Shown one piece after another: positions 40,781 to 54,074 of a DNA stretch of 64,000 nucleotides. Position 1 is the first letter of the stretch. Each line of letters starts with the position of its first letter. The DNA lies in contig OZ296655.1 of the NCBI GenBank assembly GCA_965655095.1, forward strand, positions 61,876,001 to 61,940,000, given 5' to 3'. The notes under the pieces were generated by a model. The model made no database searches, had not been told where the DNA came from, and worked only from the letters and a program-made list of their open reading frames with translations. The position numbers were made by a program, and so were the translations under genes. The stretch is from Haplodiscus bocki (taxonomy: Eukaryota).

Positions 40781-40924
40781 TGTTATTCGATGACCTCCGT
40801 ACATCCGGCTATGTAACCGCGTTGAATCAGAAACTATTTGGAAACTTGTTAATATAAATGAAACGACTCACTACTCTTTTATTCGGACTACCGTGTATCA
40901 CTATACAAAGAAAGCCTTACAACA
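40781..40924 (+). repeat. LTR 1 (144 bp) shared between tandem Gypsy copies 1 and 2
   Basis: TGTT...AACA ends, directly preceded by a polypurine tract, internal TATAAA (~40853); I count 3 mismatches to 46312-46455. Confidence 0.9.
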
Positions 40925-43900
40925 AACTTTCAGATGTTAGAAACAGAAATATTTTAACCAAGGTAAATAGAAAAAACATGGCAGAGTCAGCAAGAATCCT
41001 TATTACCAAAAATTTACCGAATTGATTATTACACCGGAAAAAATGACAGAAAATAGAATAAAAAAACTATAATTGCACGAAAAGATAGACGAAAAAAGAA
41101 TCTATATTTACTGACAATGGTTATGACAATTCAAGCAAAATACGAAAAAAATACGAAACAGTTTTTGGACCGCTAATTAAAGAAGTAACAATGACTGGAA
41201 CCGAAAGGAAGACTAGCGTCAAAAAGATACAAAAAGACTTTCTTGGAAACCTCGGACCCGAAGCAACACACCAAATAACACGATCGGAAAACCGAACAGA
41301 ACTGGACACTATTAAAGTAGATAAACAAATCAAACTATACAACAGATGTTCTTTACCGAAAACAAAAAAATCCAATTTACGATGAGGTTTTATCGGGCAA
41401 AACAAACAAATACGGAAACACCCGAAGATCACTGAGAAATTATATGAATTGAAAAAAAATGCAATGTTCCGGAATTTAGCACCGAAATACTCCTATCAGA
41501 TTTTATAACAAAAATCACAGATATAAAAATACGGGACAAGTTACTGAAAGAAAAACATTTAGATATACCGAAACTGGTCGATTAGATACAACAAAATACA
41601 TACGACAGAAAAAACAAGAAGAACACCATAACGTAAGCTCCAATAGCAAACCGAGAAAAAAATAGAGGAAAAAGCTATACAAAAACAAACACATAAGGGA
41701 AAGTTTGGTAACAGACCGAAAGACAGAAAAAAGAACAAAATTGCAGATAATGCGATGCACCAAACTGGGATCCTAAACACAAATGTCCAGTCCGAGAATC
41801 AATCAGCCATATTTGTAGAAAAAAAGACACTTCGCGAAAGCCTGCAATTACAAATACCGAAAACGACAAGAAATTAAAGAAAATGTGGAACCCAAAGAAG
41901 CCGATGAAAGGGATACCGACAAGCCGATAAATTTTATAACCAAAATAAAACACGTAACCAAACGAAAAACCATATTACCATGACAGTTAAAACTGATGGA
42001 ACCGACGAAGATTCTATCCTTGACACGGAATCACCTGTCACAATAACACCACCGGAAGAAAAAATAACAAAAATCAACAAAATGAAACCGATAACAAGAT
42101 ATTACCAGGTTAATAACATGGATGAAGTTGAGTTCGCGGAAAAGACTAGGGTAGAAGCAGAGAGAAGAGGAATTAGGAAGAATTTGCCAATGCTTATTAC
42201 CGAATGAGAAGATATAAAGCCGTCACTCGGTATGGATTGGCTACGAGAATTTATGAGGGCGATACCAAATATCCAAGCTACGACGACGATAACCGACCAA
42301 TCAGAAGAGGGCGAAATAAATACAAGTATTGAAAAACCACTCAAGACGAACGGGACAAATAAAGATGCGGAGGTCAAAATACAACTATAAACGGGACACC
42401 CACCAATATAAAGAAAAATTAGACACATACCGTATCATTTACAAAGCTATGTCCAAAAAGAAATGAAAAACCTAATTCAATCCCGACATTTAGAGACAAT
42501 ACGAAAAATAGAGAAGAAATTTTGCGTGTTTCCGTTAGTATTGACCGTTGGAAAAGACAAATCAGTCAAATTGCATTGGATTCAAGAAAATAATAAGATA
42601 GGTGCAAAAAAATGAAGACACATGCTAATTATGGAGGAATTATTAAACCGCATTTCTACCGAAATTAGAAAAGAGCAGATGGAATCGTTATGGAAATCGA
42701 AAAGAGACGTTAAGTACGCGTACCGTCAACTAAAGTTATCCGAAGAGACAAGCAAACGCTGCAGTTTTGCAATAAAGAGAGGAAGCATGAACGGAGTTTA
42801 CAGATTTCATTGAAGATTCTACGGTCTATCTGAAATCCCGACATTTATCCCAGCAAAAAAACAGAACATTTAAATACCGAACACCCGTGTGGCTAGACGA
42901 TATAATAATTTGAACAGGTGGGAACAAAGGAAAACACCAAAAAAATTATTCAAACTAGCTAAGAAACTTCAAGATTCAAGAAGCGGATTCAGAACAAGTG
43001 AGAAAAAATCTGAATTCTTGCTCAACTAAACTTTTTGGTTGGGACACGAAATGACTGAGCACGGAAAAAAACCGAACAAAGAAAAGGCAAAAGCCGTTTT
43101 ACAATTGAAACCACCGGCTTCAATTAAGGAACTAAAATCTTTCTTCGGAGCAATACAATATGTTGCAAAATTTCTACCGAAACTTTCATAAAAACCCACC
43201 GAAAGAAACAATTACTAAAAATGAAATCGAAATGGGAATGGACCGAAAGAGAAGACGAGGACTTCAACGAAACGAGGAAAATGATAACAGATGTATCATG
43301 TCTAGCACATTTTGCTAGAGACCAATACAATGTGGTAACAACTGACGCAAGCCTAAGTGGACTTGGAATAACTTTATGGCAAAGACAAGACGTTAACACA
43401 AACCGACCAATAGCATTCGCCAGATACTTGAAGGATGCCGAGAAGAATTACTCGGTCGCAGAGCTGGAACTATTGACAGTAGTATGGGCATTAGAGGAAT
43501 TTCGTTTTTATTTGTGCGGTAAAGGAGTAAACCTATATACCGACTATCAAGCTTTGGAACCTTCAAGTAAACGAAACCGAGCGTACCGACAAAAGAACGC
43601 ACTGCTAACGAGATGGCTCAATAGATTAGCACACTTTGATATCTCAGAAAAACACACGGATGTAAGGAATTTAGTAATGTCGGACTGCTTAAGTCCACAC
43701 CCAACTGAAGAAGATAAGACCGAGGAAGGCCACGAGGAAGAATACGTTATCAGCATTCTTGTAAGTTTTTTTAAACTAAGCCAAATACACCTCCAGTTTC
43801 CAAAGTAGGACCAAAAATTTCTATCAACCAATCAAACAACAAACATGATTTCAAAGATGAACCGAGAAATAACCAATGAAAATGATTCGGGGCGAAAATT

Positions 43901-46311
43901 CAATCCGGACGCTACTTCGAAAGATTTCACGTCCGAACAAACACAAGTAATCAATACCATTAACACAATCTTTAATCACAATAATAAATTTAACAGTTTC
44001 GATTTTACAGATTCGAAAATGGAGAAGATTTTCACTCATGAATACCACCACTGGGGACCTATCAAGAAAAATATGAACTTTATCAACAAGAGGGAGAAGG
44101 TCCGGGAACTCTTTGGTTAATAGAAAGGCGGCAAAAAATTACGAAACCAGGAACTTTTTGGCTAAAACCCGACATCAGTTTAAGCCGAAAAGTATGGGTT
44201 TCCAGACGACCGGACAAAAAAGGAGAGAAGAAGTGGCAGTATTCGACTTAGGAGAACTATTTAGAAACTTGAATGGGTGGAGCGCAAGTTAATTTGAATT
44301 CAACGAACCAAAAACGAGTTCAAGCATGGAGCACAGCAAACACGATCACAAAATCGTGTCAAGTACCGAGGAGAGCGACGTGGTCAAACCTTCAGCAAAC
44401 TTTCCCATTGTAGACCTGAAGGATGATGATATCGCCAAGAAAACGATGCACTATATTCAAGTCAACCAGGTAATTGAAAAACCGAATATAGAGAATGTCG
44501 AAGCCGGAGGAAACTTGAAGATATCGGACTTCAACTTTATGATTGACTTGAAAACAAACACCAATACACAAAACCTCGGTTGACTCGAAATTGCTGCAAC
44601 GGAAGATATATGTGAGAAACAAGCAGAAAGAAAGAGCTCCAAAAAACTCTTTCCGGTTTTGAGCAAAATCAACGAACGATTTGATTTGTTGTTTGCCGCT
44701 GACAAAATTGTGATCTGCGAAGAACTAAAAGAAACAAGTAGTGAACGCACTGCACTTCGGACACCCAGGCTCGACGGAAATGCAGAAAGCAATATATTCT
44801 GGTGCTCCGAATGAGCAAAAACATCTAGAGTAAATGCAGCACTTGCATTGCGTTCCAGTAAGAGTTTGAAGCAGCAATTATTGTCGACGGAGAAAATGAA
44901 ACTACTGGTATTGACCATACCCCGACAAGAGATACAAACTGATACTTCCGGTAAACTACATAATAAACAAGTACCGGCGTTTCATATTTTTTTATTCGGA
45001 TTGATGGATATAGCAAATGGCCCGTTGCTCGCATATGCAAATTAACCGAAACCAAAGAAGTCATAGAGTTTCTAGAAAGCCTAATTAACCTTCATGGTGT
45101 CGCTGAGAAAAATCAACCAGTTGAGGGCAGTGCCTTCATATCAAAGGAGTACAAAATATTCTGTAATAATGAAAACATTGAAGTAGGATATAGCCCACCG
45201 AGATAACAAACTGGCACGGGGATGGTTAAACAAGCAACACAATGGCTAAAAAGTTTGATTTTTGCCAATTGAGATGATAGGATCGGTCTCACTGAAGGAT
45301 TAAACCAGGCCTTGAAGTAAGGCGATTCCCGATACGAAATGGACTTAAACTGAGCCCGTTTTGACTTCATCATGAAAAAAAAACTGAGAACCGAATTGAC
45401 CAACATGGTCAAACACAACAAGAGTTTTTTATCCGATTGGACATTAATTAACATTTCGCTACCACAGAAACAGATCCTAATATATGTGTCCCGAAATGAA
45501 AAAGCAGAAGTAGCGGATCACATAATCATGGCCAGGAAAAAGAAAATCCCATGTTGCACGTCACACAAATCACCAGAAAGATGGCCGGTAAAGCCTACTA
45601 GTGGGATTTTCCAATATCCATTTATATTTAATGAGAAAAAAGCCAGAAAAAATCCCTGGATTGGCAAAACGAAGAACAACCGAGAATTGCTGTTGACGGT
45701 ACCGAACATACGGCCCATACTGCAGATACTAAACTTTTACACCGAAAGTTAAAATAAACACCGATTGATTCTCAGAGATCACTGAAAAAAGACATGTCTC
45801 CAAATAAACTTAAACTGAGAGGACTCGGTGGAAAGCATCATAGCTCTTCGGAAATAGCGCGAGTGATGGAAAAAAGGAATCTTTTTTGAAATCAAACCGA
45901 AAGTCCGGAAAGTAGAATCGGACGAGGAAGATAGCGACTTTGACTGCTATGATAAATCCGAGGGTCAACCAGTACACGTCGACATCAACAAAGAAACTAG
46001 CGAGGGAAAAAAACCAACACGAGCACTACTACCGAACAGATGGGAAGAAGACGAAATTTGCAAAAACAGGGAGACACGGGATGGGGACAGTAATAGTAGT
46101 TTAAAAAGATCAAACCGAATAACCAAGCCACCGGAATGATTGTGTAGTGTACCATATTTCCAAACCTAAAATGACATTTACTATATTGACAGGACCCACT
46201 CGAAAAGAACCACTTTAACCGAAATTAAGGACGATGGATGAAAATGAAGCGAATCATGACCCGAACAAAGACGATGGAGATTAAGAAAACAAATAACGGA
46301 AAAGAGGGGAA
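40925..46311 (+). mobile_element. Ty3/Gypsy (Mag-like) internal region, tandem copy 2 (LTR-bounded but coding-defective)
   Basis: Near-identical to copy 1 at offset ~5540; RNaseH ORF 43221-43808 retains TDAS; PVWLDDI at ~42885-42905; PPT before 46312. Confidence 0.93.
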
Positions 46312-46455
46312 TGTTATTCGATGACCTCCGTACATCCGTCTATGTAACCGCGTTGAATCAGAAACTATTTGGAAACTTGTTAATATAAATTAAACGACTC
46401 ACTACTCTTTCATTCGGACTACCGTGTATCACTATACAAAGAAAGCCTTACAACA
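46312..46455 (+). repeat. LTR 2 (144 bp) shared between tandem Gypsy copies 2 and 3
   Basis: TGTTATTCG...CTTACAACA, 5531 bp downstream of LTR 1. Confidence 0.9.
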
Positions 46456-47662
46456 AACTTTCAGGTGTTCGAAACAGAAATATTTTAACCAAGGTAAAAA
46501 GAAAAAACATGGCACAGTCAGCAAGAATCCTTATTACCAAAAATTTACCGAATTGATTATTACACCGGAAAAAATGACAGAATATAGAATAAAAATACTA
46601 TAATTGCACGAAAAGATAGACGAAAAAAGAATCTATATTTACTGACAATGGTTATGACAATTCAAGCAATATACGAAAAAAATACGAAACAGTTTTTGGA
46701 CCGCTAATTAAAGAAGTAACAATGACTGGAACCGAAAGGAAGACTAGCGACAAAAAGATACAACAAGACTTTCTGTGAACCTTGGGACCCGAAGCAACAC
46801 ACCAAATAACACGATGCGAATACCGAACAGAACTGGACACTATTAAAGTAGATAAACAAATCAAACTATACAACAGATGTTATTTACCGAAAACAAAAAA
46901 ATCCAGTTTGCGAAGAGGTTTTATCGGGCAAAGCAAACAATTACGGAAATACCCGAAGATCACTGTGAGAAATTATATGAATTGAAAAGAAATTGCGATG
47001 TTCCGAAATTTAGCACCGAAATACTCATATCAGATTTTTTATAACATAAATCACCGACAGAAAATTACGGGACAAGTTACTGAAAGAAAAAGATTTAGAT
47101 ATACCGAAACTAGTCGATTAAATACAACAAAATACATACGACAGAAAGAACAAGAATAACACCATAACGGAAGCTCCAATAGCAAACAGAGAAAAAAATA
47201 AAAGAATAAGCTATACAAAAAAAACACATAAGGGAAAGTTTGGTAACAGACCGAAAGACAGACAAAAGAACAAAACTGCAGATAATGCGATGCACCAAAG
47301 TGGGATCCTAAACACAAATGTCCAGTCCGAGAATCAATCAGCCATATTTGTAGAAAAAAAAGACACTTCGCGAGAGCCTGCAACTACAAATACCGAAAAC
47401 GACAAGAAATTAAAGAAAATGTGGAACCCGAAGAAACCGAAGAAAGCGATACCGACAAGTCGATAAATTTTATAACCAAAATAAAACACGTAACCAAACG
47501 AAAAACCATGTTACCATGACAGTTAAAACTGATAGAACCGACGAAGATTCTATCGTTGACACGGGATCACCTGTCACAATAACACCGCCGGATGAAGAAA
47601 TAACAAAAATCAAGAATATAAAACCGGTAACAGGAAATTACCAGGTTAATAACATGGATGAA
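46456..47662 (+). mobile_element. Ty3/Gypsy tandem copy 3, 3'-truncated inside the protease
   Basis: gag plus protease IVDTGSPVTI (intact DTG; ORF 47516-47704); similarity to copies 1 and 2 stops after aacatggatgaa at ~47662. Confidence 0.9.
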
Positions 47663-48199
47663 ATCAAGATATATACTTGTCTCAGAAAAAACTATCCTTC
47701 ATAAACGTAGCAAATGAAGCCGGTACTTATTTGCAGGTCGCTTCACATTGAAATTATATGCTTTCGATAGTGTCACTCCTTTCTTAAACTTTGAAAGAAC
47801 TCTCGAAAAAAACTTTCCCAAGAGTATTGACGTCATAAACAATAAGTCAGCAATTTTTCGTTATCGGCAAATAATTTCTCCTTCTCTCTTTTGTGGTTCC
47901 TTCTGGTCAAGCGAGACTCGGTAGCTTTTCTGCTTGGATTTTCAATGCCCAGGGGGTTATGTATGTAAACGAAGCCCCTCTCACCATAAGCAAAGAATCA
48001 GAAGATAGGTGAAACAATGACAATAAGGATCCTTTCTGAACGAGGGATCGCTCTCTCAGCCAATGACAATTAACTCCCTGCAATCTTATCGGAAACACAT
48101 AAGAACCACAGTATTTCAGATACGGCAGCCAACCTGCAAAGCAAATGGCCAACATAGACGAACGAACTCACACCGATAGTGTTGCCTATGCTGACCTAG

Positions 48200-48900
48200 A
48201 GATTCCAAAAAATGCTTCGAAAGATCATTAGCGACCAAATTGAAGTTTTCAATGAGACGGTGAGCGACGAGTCTACAATCATCAACCAACACATGAGCGA
48301 CATTGGAATGAAACGCAATCAAATGAAAGCAGAGCTGTCCAGCGTGACACAAGCGGTCGGAGAAATGAAGCAAGCAATTGAAAAAGTGGAGATAAACTAA
48401 AGTCCTGCAGCAGCGAAAGAACGAAATGGTTTCGGTGAGAAATAAACTGACTGTGAGCCACAGGAAACAAAGTACGGCATGTTAAAGGAATCGGAAGATA
48501 TGAAAAGTCTGCTAGGCTCAGATCAACACTTATCCCGGTAAGAAGCGAGGTTGATATTTTTCTTGTACAACATCAACGGTAAGAACAATGCACTAAGACA
48601 GAACCCATAGATACCAGGCAATCAAATTGCATCAACAAAGCAGCGAATGGGGGGAATGAATCTCTAGCTGTTTGACTCGAGAATTTTTTTTGCAGTACTC
48701 ACGTCGAGAGTCTTTTCTTTCATGTTCTGCGAGAATATAGTGGCAAAGACATAACACTGAAATTCATTGGAACCTGTATAACATACCGATCAGCTTCCGG
48801 CTAGCCACCCGTATACAAAACACAAACAGACAAGGGCAAATTTTACCATGTTTACTAGACAATGTATTAATAATGTCAAATTGAAATCGTCAACGCAAAC
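48200..48900 (+). pseudogene. Possible LINE ORF1 remnant (coiled coil)
   Basis: Heptad-like ORF 48212-48400 (MKAELSSVTQAVGEMKQAIEKVE) followed by GNKVRHVKGI (~48463-48492; cf. N.RI.GI), directly upstream of the LINE ORF2 remnant. Confidence 0.35.
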
Positions 48901-49099
48901 ATCCCCCGAATTACTCACGATACCAATTCAACGCTTATGTGAGAACGACAGACAAAGAATGCTCTAGGGTTCTATATAAAATGAATGAGATCATTTACTG
49001 CACGAACATAATCAGAAGTGTATTGCAGAAGTGACAAGATTGATCAGCAGCAGTTGATTTTTAAGAAACGATCTCAGATTTCTTTCCCTTAACCTGCTC

Positions 49100-51300
49100 G
49101 GCTATCTTAGTAAAAAGGATTTGAACATTCCACTAGTCCCAGCAAAAGCCTTGGATGTCATTGGCCTTAATGGAAAGTTATCAATAAGTTATTGAAACGT
49201 TCACAAAAACTTATGTAAACAATCTTGTGGAATTTAGAGGCCTGGGGCTACTGACAAATCGTTACCTAAAGAAATGCCAGTTTACGGAGACATAACTGGG
49301 ACTATACGCGGTAAAAATTAGGAGATTCCAAGCTTTCAGTTTTTTCAATTTATCAAGTCAAGACTTTAGATGATGTTGATGCTCGTACGGGTCAACTTAT
49401 GGACCAGGTTGACCTTAGTGAGCAGACTTAAATAATTTCTCCACAAAAACTGTAGTCAACAGTGATGGTAGACGTCTCAATGTTTTTTTTTTCAACTGAG
49501 CAAATGTGCATTTTAAATGGTCGAGTGGGCAGCGATTAGGTAATAGGCAATTTCTTGTGTACCGCTTGAATCGTTGTGAACTGTATAATGGTGAACTTAT
49601 CTTTATTGAAACGCTTTGCAAATTTCGAAGTTATAAATTTCAACTGCTCGCTTTCGGACCGTTGAATTTTTTTGTTGTTTTCTAAACGAGACCCAAAAAT
49701 ATTCGTGTTAGAGATAACTGAAAGAATAAAGTGAAATCTGCATAACAAACGGCTTGCGAGAAATTACAAGTCTTGGCCATCAACCGCATGATGGCAGAAA
49801 CTCATCTTATAATTATTTCAAGAATCTCCAGCTTAGAACAGACTGGTACTATTCTATGCTCAATACGAGTGCTTTAAGAAAGTGTTAAATGAGGGGAGTT
49901 CTTAGAATTGTTGGATCAATGAGGACTGCTCGGTAAGCAGTCACTTTATTGAAACTCAATCAACGAAACAGCATCATGGAGGTGGAAAAATCAAAACTTT
50001 AGAAGCAGGTTATGAGGAATCAACAACAATTACCTGGAAATGCGCGTCTTAATTTTTACTCGAAATTAGTGTCATCTTGACCGTCATAAATGAAGGAATA
50101 GTAACTGATGACTGACGGTTCCTCTTATCTGCCTAACTAAGAGCAGAGGTCAAACTGTTCCCAAAAAACTACCGATGTTTCTTTTCGATAAACCATACAA
50201 TCAAAATCTTCACGGCACTCTTAAGCAAAAGATTGCAGGTATTCTTGAAAAAGAAAACTTAGGGTAACAACTGGCAAGCTGTAGGAAGGGGCAGAGCCAC
50301 CTCGACCAGGTTTGTGCAACACACATGCTAACCGTCTAGATGCCATGCGCAAACGTTAGATTATCATCTTGCTATAATACGAAAAAGTATTTGATTCTGG
50401 AAACGGGAATTTTTTGTGGAAAGTTACAGTAATCGAAAGGCAACGATAAATTCCAAAGCGTAACCGAAAACCTCCACTATGAAGCTAAATCTCAGGTAAA
50501 TGTCCATGTCTTTTTACGAGATCTTCTGAAATAACAAATGGGAGGAATGAAAGGCGAGACCATGTCGCCACTTCTGTTTACAGTCCTTAATGGTTTTGAA
50601 AAGTGTGTCAGACGGCACTGTAAAGGCATAGATTACGCTTCCAGATACAGACTTTCTCAACGAGGAATGCCTTCCTTTTGCGAAGCTTCATGGTTTTGTA
50701 TGCTGATCATGCAATTGCTCTAAACTAAAGAATATGGAAGTAGCCGATGATGACTGAATTAACGCCAAAATTTTGAAGTACAACAATTTCTTCGGAGGCA
50801 AAGTCAGCAAAACTGCTACGTTGTAGGTGAACAAAACGCTAATAGAGGGTTGATACTTTCAGAAACCTTGAGTATTTTTTTGCTTTGACAAAAATTTTCA
50901 AGTGAGCGCTAATTATAAGACAAAGGAAAGAAAGCATTTTTTAAAGCTAGAAACGCTCACGGATCATAAAATCAGCTGAGATTAATGCCTTTTTGTAAAA
51001 GTGTCATTTATTCTGTTCGTTGGCTGTGAGGTATGGGTTTTTGAGAAGAAAAAAAAGAATCGAAGTTTTCCCTTGGCAGTTTCACAAAAGCATCCTTAAG
51101 GCACGCTGAAGTCACTGTAAGGCAATGGCTCACAGCACATTGGGGGTCACAAACTGAACTTCCCATTTAGTAATGAATGTTGTGAAGTGTCAAGTGGTGT
51201 TGTGTAGGAGGTAGTAGTGGAAAGTGTCAAAAGCCACTCTATTCCGAGCTAGATAAAATTACCTAAAACTCACGATAAGTTTTCTATTTCATTTTTGCGA
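49100..51300 (+). mobile_element. Decayed RTE-like non-LTR retrotransposon ORF2 (AP endonuclease + RT)
   Basis: LDVIGL (~49150), LGLYA (~49296), LDDVDARTG (~49367-49393; cf. GDFNA), PKNYR...KIFTALLSKRL (~50161-50236), CRKGQSHLDQV, KVFDS, GGMKGETMSPLLF (ORF 50538-50723), LYADH (~50697-50710; cf. YADD), FVGCEVW (~51015-51036). Confidence 0.75.
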
Positions 51301-51499
51301 CTGTTGCTTTCCTACACTTCAACAAAGGTTGTCTCAGGCGTGAGTTCAAAAGGAAGGACTTTACTTATCTAACAAATCAGGTAAAAAGATTGATATTGTA
51401 CACAGCTAAATTAAGTGTTCAAACTTTATCAACGTTTTGGTTTAAAACTGAAATGGTAAAATATAAAAAAAGGGTTATAAATATTATGAACAAAAGACA

Positions 51500-52813
51500 T
51501 CTAAATATATATGATCATCAGGAAAAAAATCATGAGTCAATCTTAGGGTTTTTATTATTTTAGTGTTACAGTGTATCGTTCAGATTTAGTTGTCAGTTAG
51601 GACAAAATTGGCCAAAAGGTTCTATAGCAAGATTGCTACAGCAAATAGGAAAAATTGTCAGTGAGGACAAGATTGGCTAAAAAGCTCGTTACAAAGATTG
51701 CATTAGTAATTAGGTTTTAATTGTCAGTGACCACGAGATTGGCCTAAAGGCTCTTTAGCAAGATTGGTATATTAAATAGATTTTAATTTTCAATGAAGAC
51801 AAGAATGGCCAGAAGTCTGCTTATCAAGATTGCTATAATAAATAGGTTAATTGTCAGTGAAGACAACATTGGTCAAAAGGCTTTTTGACAAGATTCCTAT
51901 AGCAAATAGGAAAAATTCTCAGAGAAGACAAGATTGGCAAAGGGCTCTTTAGCAAGGTTGCTATAATAAATAGGTTTTAATTGTGAGAGAAGACAAGATT
52001 GGCGAAAAAGCTCCATAGCAAGACTGCTATTTTAAATGAGTTTTAATTGTTAAAGAAAAACTTTTGATTTCAGTTTAATTATTTTACTGTTTCAAAAATT
52101 AAACTTAAGTTACCAAAAGCTTCTGATTTAGGTTTCGTTTAGTCGCTTTACTGATTTATAATTTTGGTACGGAGCTTAGTTTCCAAAATATTCAGTCAAA
52201 ATCAAACTCGAAAATTAAGGTTGTTATGAGGAAAGAATCAGCAAAAGGAAAAGATAAAAGTGGAAAGATAAACGAATACATTTTAGCTCACCGATACTGC
52301 TCAAAGGCACTGCACTGAGTTTGATCCTTTTTTGTCGGAAATTGGTTGGGATGAAAAAACGTGTGACTTGACATATGATCTGAGTTGTCGGAGAGCGCGC
52401 TAAACCGGCAAATTTAGTCCGCTAGTTATACTAAATTTCAATCACTCGTGAGCCAGTCAGAATCAGAATTGCACTGCATTGGCTCCGAGTATGAGGTCAA
52501 GTAACGTGACTAGTCCCGTGATTTTGGATTCGTCAATATTCATAATATTAATATATATATATGATGTCAGATGACGTTAGTGTCTCGGGAATTTATACTT
52601 TTGTTTTGGTGAATGACGTTGTTGTCCATATAAGGTAGGTGGGGAGAGTAATGGCGGCTGTAGTTTTCAACTGATTAAAAGCAAAAATTGAACATGGCTG
52701 AGCTTGCGCAACCGCAAGCAAAATAGCACAGACAAAAAAATATTACAGTTTCAAGTTTTAGTTTTTTTAAGTTTTTCTTTTCTGTTTCTCTTTTCTGTAT
52801 GCCAAACACGACA
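51500..52813 (-). promoter_or_regulatory. Candidate 3' LTR of the env-bearing Gypsy element (left boundary uncertain)
   Basis: On - strand: purine-rich gggtgaga then TGTCGTG at 52813; TATAAAT at 52591-52597 flanked by TGACGT motifs (~52572, ~52614); AATAAA at ~51551-51556. Second LTR lies outside the window so cannot be confirmed. Confidence 0.4.
51590..52050. repeat. Tandem minisatellite, ~65 bp x 7
   Basis: Consensus ~tgtcagtgaagacaagattggccaaaaggctctttagcaagattgctatagcaaataggttttaat; starts ~51591, 51656, 51722, 51788, 51852, 51917, 51982. Confidence 0.92.
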
Positions 52814-53057
52814 TCTCACCCGGTATTTTAGGTTGTTTGACATGAAACCGGGGTTCACATGGAGTCAAGAATCGTTATCTGGATATTGACATTATCATTC
52901 TTTGTTAGATTCCTACTTGTCTGCAACAAGTCGTTTTGGGGAAGATAGAATGAAACACCACAACTTGGGTTTGGTTGCAGGGGTGATGGTCGTGAGAAGC
53001 ATGGTGTAGTTTTGTCACTTGTCTTTAGGAGGTTTGTCCACAGAATACCGGAGTTGT

Positions 53058-54060
53058 CTAGTTTAAAGATACTGATTTGAAAAGTTCCTTTGAAGGGCCA
53101 AGTTGGATATCGTCAAGGGGTCCGGCGATCAGGGATATAGTGATGGACATTGATTTACCAAGTGCTGAGCCACATCCATAGAGAAAAAAACGGATAAAGA
53201 AACTATAGCTGTAGGGTTTGCTGAGGAAAGCCGCGCTACAAACGTCGCGTGCTAAGTTTGGATGGGCTTCATTTTTGTTCTTGGTTTCCTCAAATTGTTT
53301 GCCGTTGTTCAAGATAACCCGAAACTCTTCGAGTTTCCAGATAATTTTATAAACGTTCCAATTGCGAAATTTATCTCCTGTTTCTGATTTTTGTTGTCAA
53401 AATTCGACATTATCTATCTCTTCAAATATTTTTCCGAAATATTAATCTTTTTTCAGACTGAATAGTCCTTTTTGTTTCGTTTTAGTTATCTTTATTGTAA
53501 CTGGGGCTATAGTCTTTTTAACATCCTCGAGATCGGTGGCAAGGGCGGTTTTGAGGAGTCTTTCGTCTTTTAGTTACTCAGCTAGTGGAGTTCGGGAAAT
53601 GCTTAATTGAATACTGAAATTGATCGGTGATGTACAGATGTTTGCTGAAAGTTGTGCCAAGGGTTTTCAAGGGTAAATTTTGCCATTTTGGATCCAAAAA
53701 ACTATTTTCCTTTTGTTAGTATTTTCTTTGAGAGAATAAGCTAAACTAAATTGAAACCGTGAATTTCGAGTAATGCTATATCTAAGTGCTGCTTCTTCGC
53801 TCTTTTTCTGTTTTTGGAAGAGGTGCCGTGAAGGGATATTTGATTTTTGCTGTTTTGGGCGATTCGAGGCTTATTGGTGGGTGTGATAAGTAGATTCGCG
53901 AGTTCGTTAGTGAGAGAGGTTTTGATAGGAGAAGTTTCTGTTTCTTCAGTTAAAAGATCTCGAAGTTGGAAGAGGTCGTCTTCTGTGATGTCCTCTTTGG
54001 ATAATAGAAGGTCTAGATTAGAAAAAGTGTACTTCTCCTGCGTCAAAACGCTAACATGAA
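53058..54060 (-). pseudogene. Accessory ORF Z downstream of env, unknown function (~330 codons)
   Basis: ORF 53741-54103 continues after one frameshift in a frame from 53699 to 53058 with 4 internal stops: FWIQNGKIYP*KPLAQLSANICTSPINFSIQL...IIWKLEEFRVILNNGKQF...FLYGCGSALG. Confidence 0.55.
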
Positions 54061-54074
54061 AAAAAATAATTACT

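Noticed and set aside
35670-47383. Numerous hydrophobic minus-strand ORFs (F/L/V/C-rich) as membrane proteins
   Set aside because: Antisense shadows of the A-rich Gypsy sense strand, repeated only because of the tandem duplication
51590-52050. CRISPR-like array
   Set aside because: Whole units repeat with no unique spacers, no cas genes, eukaryotic context; the same applies to 56375-56548
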